From an uncultured Bacteroidales bacterium (lineage in GTDB: Bacteria > Bacteroidota > Bacteroidia > Bacteroidales > JAAYJT01): a stretch of DNA of 64,000 nt. The DNA lies in assembly GCA_964550455.1 (NCBI GenBank), contig CAZJZG010000001.1:52222-116221 (forward strand), given 5' to 3'. Every line of letters begins with the position of its first letter. Within the stretch, counting starts at the first letter, position 1. The translations under genes were made by a program, and so were the position numbers. Positions 60,158-64,000 of the stretch are shown piece by piece. The notes under the pieces are model-generated. The model had not been told where the DNA came from, did not search any database, and saw only the letters and a program-made list of their open reading frames with translations.

Positions 60158-61576
60158 ATGACAAAGTATTTTGATATTCACAATCATTTATTTAATAAGC
60201 ATTTTCTTGCAAAAGAACTGCTTTACAGACTCATGAAAGAGTTTAAAAAAATTATCACTGATCAGACAACATCAGAACGGGATATTAGATCAATTGTTAA
60301 TAAGGTTCAGAATGCAATTACGGCAATGAAACGGATTTCGTATGCATTGAAGGTTTTTGGCATGAATAATTCAATCGCAATTTACGAAGAACTGGATAAA
60401 ATTTATAACGGAGAATTTATCCTCACCCCTCTGACTTTTGATCTTACCTATTGTTTTGCACCTACACCCGACAGAGATGGCAACATTACAAGGGAACCCG
60501 AATTAAAATCAGTTTTTGAAACCGAAATGCAGGAAGTTTTTGAAGAATTAGAGCAGGGAACACTCCAATTGTCGCGTGATTATACTTCTGCGGCAAGTGA
60601 AGAGGAAAATGAGCTATGGGAAGAATATAATGATGTAAAGGCACAATTCCTGAAAGATGCAGCAGAATTACATTTACAGGATACTGAAAATATAAGGCTG
60701 ATGGAAAAAGATCGTGGCATAGGTGATTTGCCGGATATTTTTGATGGATTCGGCGAACAGATAAAACAAATTACCGACCTGAAAGACCATCCTGATTATA
60801 AGGATATGATCTATCCATTTCTTGCTGTTGATCCCCGAAGGCCAGGAATTCTGGATTATGCCAGAAACAATGTAGGAAAAGGAAAACTTTTTGCGGGTAT
60901 CAAGTTGTATTGTCCTAATGGGTACTCACCTACCGATCCTTTACTCTTTGGAAAAAATAATGACAGGGATGGTTTGTATGCCTTTTGCGAGGATAACGGA
61001 ATTCCGGTTACAGCACATAATTCAGATGGTGGTTTTGCAACCCTGGCAGACTATGTTTATATCAATGGATTAATACATATAAATGGCGTACTATACCAGA
61101 GTAATAATGAGCGTGTGATCTTCACAAAAAAGGTCATTGAATCCAATGGAGTTTACGAAAGGGCTATAACACTTAATCATCCTTTGATCTGGGAAAAGGT
61201 AGTGGAAAAATACCCGGGTTTAATCCTGAATTTAGCGCATTTTGGCGGTGGCAAACAGCTTAACGCTGCCATTGATGATCCGGATAACGAAACTCTGTGG
61301 TGCAATCGGATAATAGCACTGGTTAAAAATCCGGACTATAATGTATATACAGATGTTTCGTGTTTTACTGAGTTCGATATTTTGAAGAAATTTTATAAAA
61401 GCCCGGTTTTTCAGAAAATAAAACACCGCGTCCTTTACGGGTCGGATTATACGTTGCTTCTGCTTTTTGAGAACGATTTTAAGAATAATGTAAAGCAATT
61501 TAAAGAACTGTTTGGTAATGACTTTCTAACAATAGCCGGAACAAATCCGGCAGAGTTCCTCAAATATGTTATTTAG
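60158..61576 (+). CDS. Amidohydrolase-superfamily (metal-dependent TIM-barrel hydrolase) protein with an acidic insertion of about 120 aa
   Basis: N-terminal FDIHNHLF (HxH, nt 60179-60187). AGIKLYCPNGY...IPVTAHNSDGG. NLAHFGGG (His361, nt 61238-61240). LYGSDYT (Asp430, nt 61445-61447). Residues about 95-215 are Glu/Asp-rich and helical. The gene starts 50 nt after the CHAT gene stop. Confidence 0.7.
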   Translation: MTKYFDIHNHLFNKHFLAKELLYRLMKEFKKIITDQTTSERDIRSIVNKVQNAITAMKRISYALKVFGMNNSIAIYEELDKIYNGEFILTPLTFDLTYCFAPTPDRDGNITREPELKSVFETEMQEVFEELEQGTLQLSRDYTSAASEEENELWEEYNDVKAQFLKDAAELHLQDTENIRLMEKDRGIGDLPDIFDGFGEQIKQITDLKDHPDYKDMIYPFLAVDPRRPGILDYARNNVGKGKLFAGIKLYCPNGYSPTDPLLFGKNNDRDGLYAFCEDNGIPVTAHNSDGGFATLADYVYINGLIHINGVLYQSNNERVIFTKKVIESNGVYERAITLNHPLIWEKVVEKYPGLILNLAHFGGGKQLNAAIDDPDNETLWCNRIIALVKNPDYNVYTDVSCFTEFDILKKFYKSPVFQKIKHRVLYGSDYTLLLLFENDFKNNVKQFKELFGNDFLTIAGTNPAEFLKYVI

Positions 61577-61783
61577 TCAAGCCTTACAAAGCCCATTTAC
61601 TTTGTTTTTGTTCATAAATAAGATCAAAAACAGGCAGGAATAATTTGTTAAAGGAGAGGCAAAATGATAAATTTCACTTAATCATCATCCTTTTGAATTC
61701 AAATGAAACAGCGGCAAACAGACAAGTATTGAAAAACTGATCAAACAATAGTTCTTTGTCAGACAGTACTGACTGAAATAAAA

Positions 61784-61825
61784 CCCCGTCGCAGGTTAAA
61801 AAACCTTGGCGGGGTTTTGTTTTTC
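61784..61825 (+). terminator. Strong intrinsic terminator closing the CHAT/amidohydrolase cassette
   Basis: Outer stem CCCCGTC (61784-61790) pairs with GGCGGGG (61808-61814). Inner stem AGGTT (61793-61797) pairs with AACCT (61802-61806). TTTTGTTTTT follows. Confidence 0.65.
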
Positions 61826-61861
61826 AATAATCTTATTGCGCAATTTGCTACTATTTAGATT

Positions 61862-61873
61862 CTTAAGCACTAT
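61862..61873 (+). repeat. Right copy of the 12-bp direct repeat CTTAAGCACTAT
   Basis: Exact match to 54686-54697. Lies 37 nt downstream of the cassette terminator. Confidence 0.6.
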
Positions 61874-62306
61874 TATATTTTGTTAACAGATTACAAAAGG
61901 TCTGCTTAAGTATAAAATAATGTGGTAAAATATTATGTCAATATGATTTATATTGAATCACCATTATATTATGCGAATGAGAAAGAATTAATTTATTTTT
62001 TATTTATCTCATGAATACACACTGTCTCTAATGGTTAATAGCATATTGCAGACAAACAATATAATCAACAAAGTGCAATAAGTAAAGGAAATTAAAAAAA
62101 ATATCCCAGGTATTGACTATTTTGGAAATATTTACTAACTTAGCGGGTTAATTCATGATTTTAAAATTCATAAACCAATGATACCGGTTTCTTTTCATTC
62201 TGACCATGAACCGTCTTAACTATGTTATTTCATTGTTACTGACAATTAAGTAACCATATGTATATTCATATATTATATTTTAATTATTTAACAAAAAACC
62301 AAGATT

Positions 62307-64000
62307 ATGAAAAAATTAATTACTCTGTTAATAGCATTAGTTTTTATAATGCCTGAATTATTTGGAGAACTCGTAACGGTTAGTTTGGATGACGGAACTA
62401 AGAGTAAAAATATATTTGAAAACCAAAACTCCTATTATACATACTATACTAACCAAAATGTACAGGCTGATTGTAAATATGGTAACATAAGTACATGGAC
62501 GGAATCAAAAAATTTTAAATCTAATTGTGAAGCATTTTCTTTACCATTTAATGAAGATTTTACAGAGGTAACTTATGGTTCACTACCTGATTGCTGGTCA
62601 GTTATAGGTGAGGGACCAGACAACTGGTGGGTTCAGGATAGTGATGAAGCCGGAGGTATAGTACCTGAAATGCAATTTAACAGTTGGCCTGAAATTGACG
62701 GAACTTCAAGGTTGATAACTCCATCAATATCTACTGGTGGTGCAGGTAAGTTTATTATATCATTCAGACAATATTTATATGACGAAAATGATTTCACGGG
62801 TGAATATATTGCAGTTGAATACTCAATTGATGATGGAAATAGTTGGGAAGAGATCTGGCATTACGATTGTTATGCAAGCATGGCACCAACATTAACTGAA
62901 GTTGTTTTTGAAATCCCGTCTAAGTCTGATGAGTTTTTAATTGCATTTAAGTTTAATGGTAATTCCTATAATATTTACTATTGGTACATTGACAATATTG
63001 TAATTGAAGTAGCTCCTACCTGCATAAGACCTACTGCGCTTACTGTTTCAGATATCAATCAAACCAGTGCAATAATTAGCTGGACACCACGAAGTGGAGA
63101 AACTGCCTGGAATTTGAAATACGGTCCCCTCGGATTTGATCCTGATACACAAGGGAACTCTGTTGATGCATTTGTAATAAATAGTTGTACTATCTCAGGA
63201 TTAAATTCCAATATACTATATGATGTATATGTGCGTGCTGTTTGTGACGAAGAAGATGTAAGTGCATGGTCAGTAAAGAAAACATTTAGAACACTTTGTG
63301 ATCCGGTTAATTTACCATATATTGAAAACTTTGATAATGTTACTACACCTGATATTCCTGATTGCATGACGGTGACAGATAAATATGGATTTGGTATTTG
63401 GGCTACATGGCATACTATTGACTGGCTAAGTAGATCCGAACCAAATAGTATGGCAATATTTCATAATTTTTCTTTACCCCTGGATGAATGGTTCTTTACT
63501 CCCGGATTAAATCTTACCGGTGGCAATACTTACATAGTTGAATTTTATTATCTTGTTAATTATGAAATTTCTAGTTCTGAAGAACTTGAGGTTAAATGGG
63601 GAACTGCTCCAAATGTAGATGGAATGACAAGCGAAAGGATATGGTACGATGAAGACTTTATGGGTGAAGATTATGTTTTGGCAACTGCTGTATTTACTCC
63701 TGAAGAGGATGGTGTATATTTTGTAGGTTGGCACGCATCCAGCGATATAAATTATGGGTTATCAATTTATGTTGATGACATATTTATTGATCTTGCTCCA
63801 ACTTGTCCCAAACCTACTGCCCTTACCGTTTCAGATATCACTACAAACAGTGCAAAAATTGACTGGACTAAGGGTGGTAATGAAACAATGTGGAATTTGA
63901 AATATTATAAGGTTGGAATAGGTGATACAGTTTTCATTAACAATATAGAAAAACCTTATACGTGTACAGATCTTACTCCAGGTACCAATTATGCATTTAT
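62307..64000 (+). CDS. Secreted modular surface protein (repeated beta-sandwich module + fibronectin-type-III-like module), 3' end beyond the window
   Basis: Not in the supplied ORF track because no stop codon falls inside the window. I translated it by hand from the ATG at 62307 and found no stop to nt 64000. Signal peptide MKKLITLLIALVFIMP. Modules beginning LPFNEDF...LPDCW and LPYIENF...IPDCM, each followed by APTC..PTALTVSDI...W...WNLKY (FN3-like). Confidence 0.7.
   Translation, partial: MKKLITLLIALVFIMPELFGELVTVSLDDGTKSKNIFENQNSYYTYYTNQNVQADCKYGNISTWTESKNFKSNCEAFSLPFNEDFTEVTYGSLPDCWSVIGEGPDNWWVQDSDEAGGIVPEMQFNSWPEIDGTSRLITPSISTGGAGKFIISFRQYLYDENDFTGEYIAVEYSIDDGNSWEEIWHYDCYASMAPTLTEVVFEIPSKSDEFLIAFKFNGNSYNIYYWYIDNIVIEVAPTCIRPTALTVSDINQTSAIISWTPRSGETAWNLKYGPLGFDPDTQGNSVDAFVINSCTISGLNSNILYDVYVRAVCDEEDVSAWSVKKTFRTLCDPVNLPYIENFDNVTTPDIPDCMTVTDKYGFGIWATWHTIDWLSRSEPNSMAIFHNFSLPLDEWFFTPGLNLTGGNTYIVEFYYLVNYEISSSEELEVKWGTAPNVDGMTSERIWYDEDFMGEDYVLATAVFTPEEDGVYFVGWHASSDINYGLSIYVDDIFIDLAPTCPKPTALTVSDITTNSAKIDWTKGGNETMWNLKYYKVGIGDTVFINNIEKPYTCTDLTPGTNYAF

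Noticed and set aside
61577-61783. Mini-ORFs in the 200 nt between the amidohydrolase stop and the terminator. One example is AGGAGAGGCAAA-ATG at 61664 encoding MINFT, and another is a 9-codon ORF at 61703.
   Set aside because: They are too short, show no conservation evidence, and Shine-Dalgarno use is weak in this lineage. This is probably just a 3' UTR. A small hairpin, GTCAG-N6-CTGAC (61759-61774), is unremarkable.
63059-63734. Minus-strand ORFs 63059-63367 and 63507-63734.
   Set aside because: They are antisense shadows of the hand-translated, open-ended plus-strand surface-protein ORF (62307 to beyond 64000). That ORF has a signal peptide and a repeated domain architecture.
1-64000. 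Search for CRISPR arrays, tRNA/rRNA genes, transposases, integrases and IS inverted repeats.
   Set aside because: I saw no regularly spaced direct repeats, no cloverleaf-like or rRNA-like segments in the intergenic regions, and no translated ORF with DDE, tyrosine- or serine-recombinase motifs. Absence is by eye only.

Overview
This is a low-GC chromosomal segment. It looks like an anaerobic member of the Bacteroidota, judged from a T9SS C-terminal sorting domain, a FeoA-FeoB fusion, rnfBCDGEA gene order, TAnnTTTG-type -7 promoter boxes and near absence of Shine-Dalgarno sites. All calls come from reading motifs in the supplied translations and DNA; no database search was run. Most of the window is housekeeping: recA, mutL, uvrA, purL, deoD, rny, zapA, guaA, ribF, feoAB and a complete rnfBCDGEA operon. 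I saw no rRNA, tRNA, CRISPR array, transposase or integrase.

Four regions stand out:
- nt 1-8242, a hydrogen/redox module. It holds the 3' end of a catalytic [FeFe]-hydrogenase, a hydrogenase-like sensor histidine kinase, a REC-only protein, a REC-kinase hybrid, Rex and the maturase HydG.
- nt 32939-33137, a roughly 190-nt rod-like structured RNA downstream of zapA, a probable 6S RNA.
- nt 42640-48197, a minus-strand accessory block. It holds a KamA-family radical-SAM aminomutase with a long leader, a group II PLP decarboxylase, an AhpD-like protein, an AraC-type fragment without its HTH, and a pirin.
- nt 54686-61873, the best candidate for an undescribed system. It is a two-gene cassette bracketed by a 12-bp direct repeat. 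The first gene encodes a 1783-aa protein with two serine-hydrolase/lipase-like modules, a CHAT caspase-fold protease and helical repeats. The second encodes an amidohydrolase-fold protein with an acidic insertion.

An ORF missing from the track (62307 to the window end) encodes a modular secreted surface protein.
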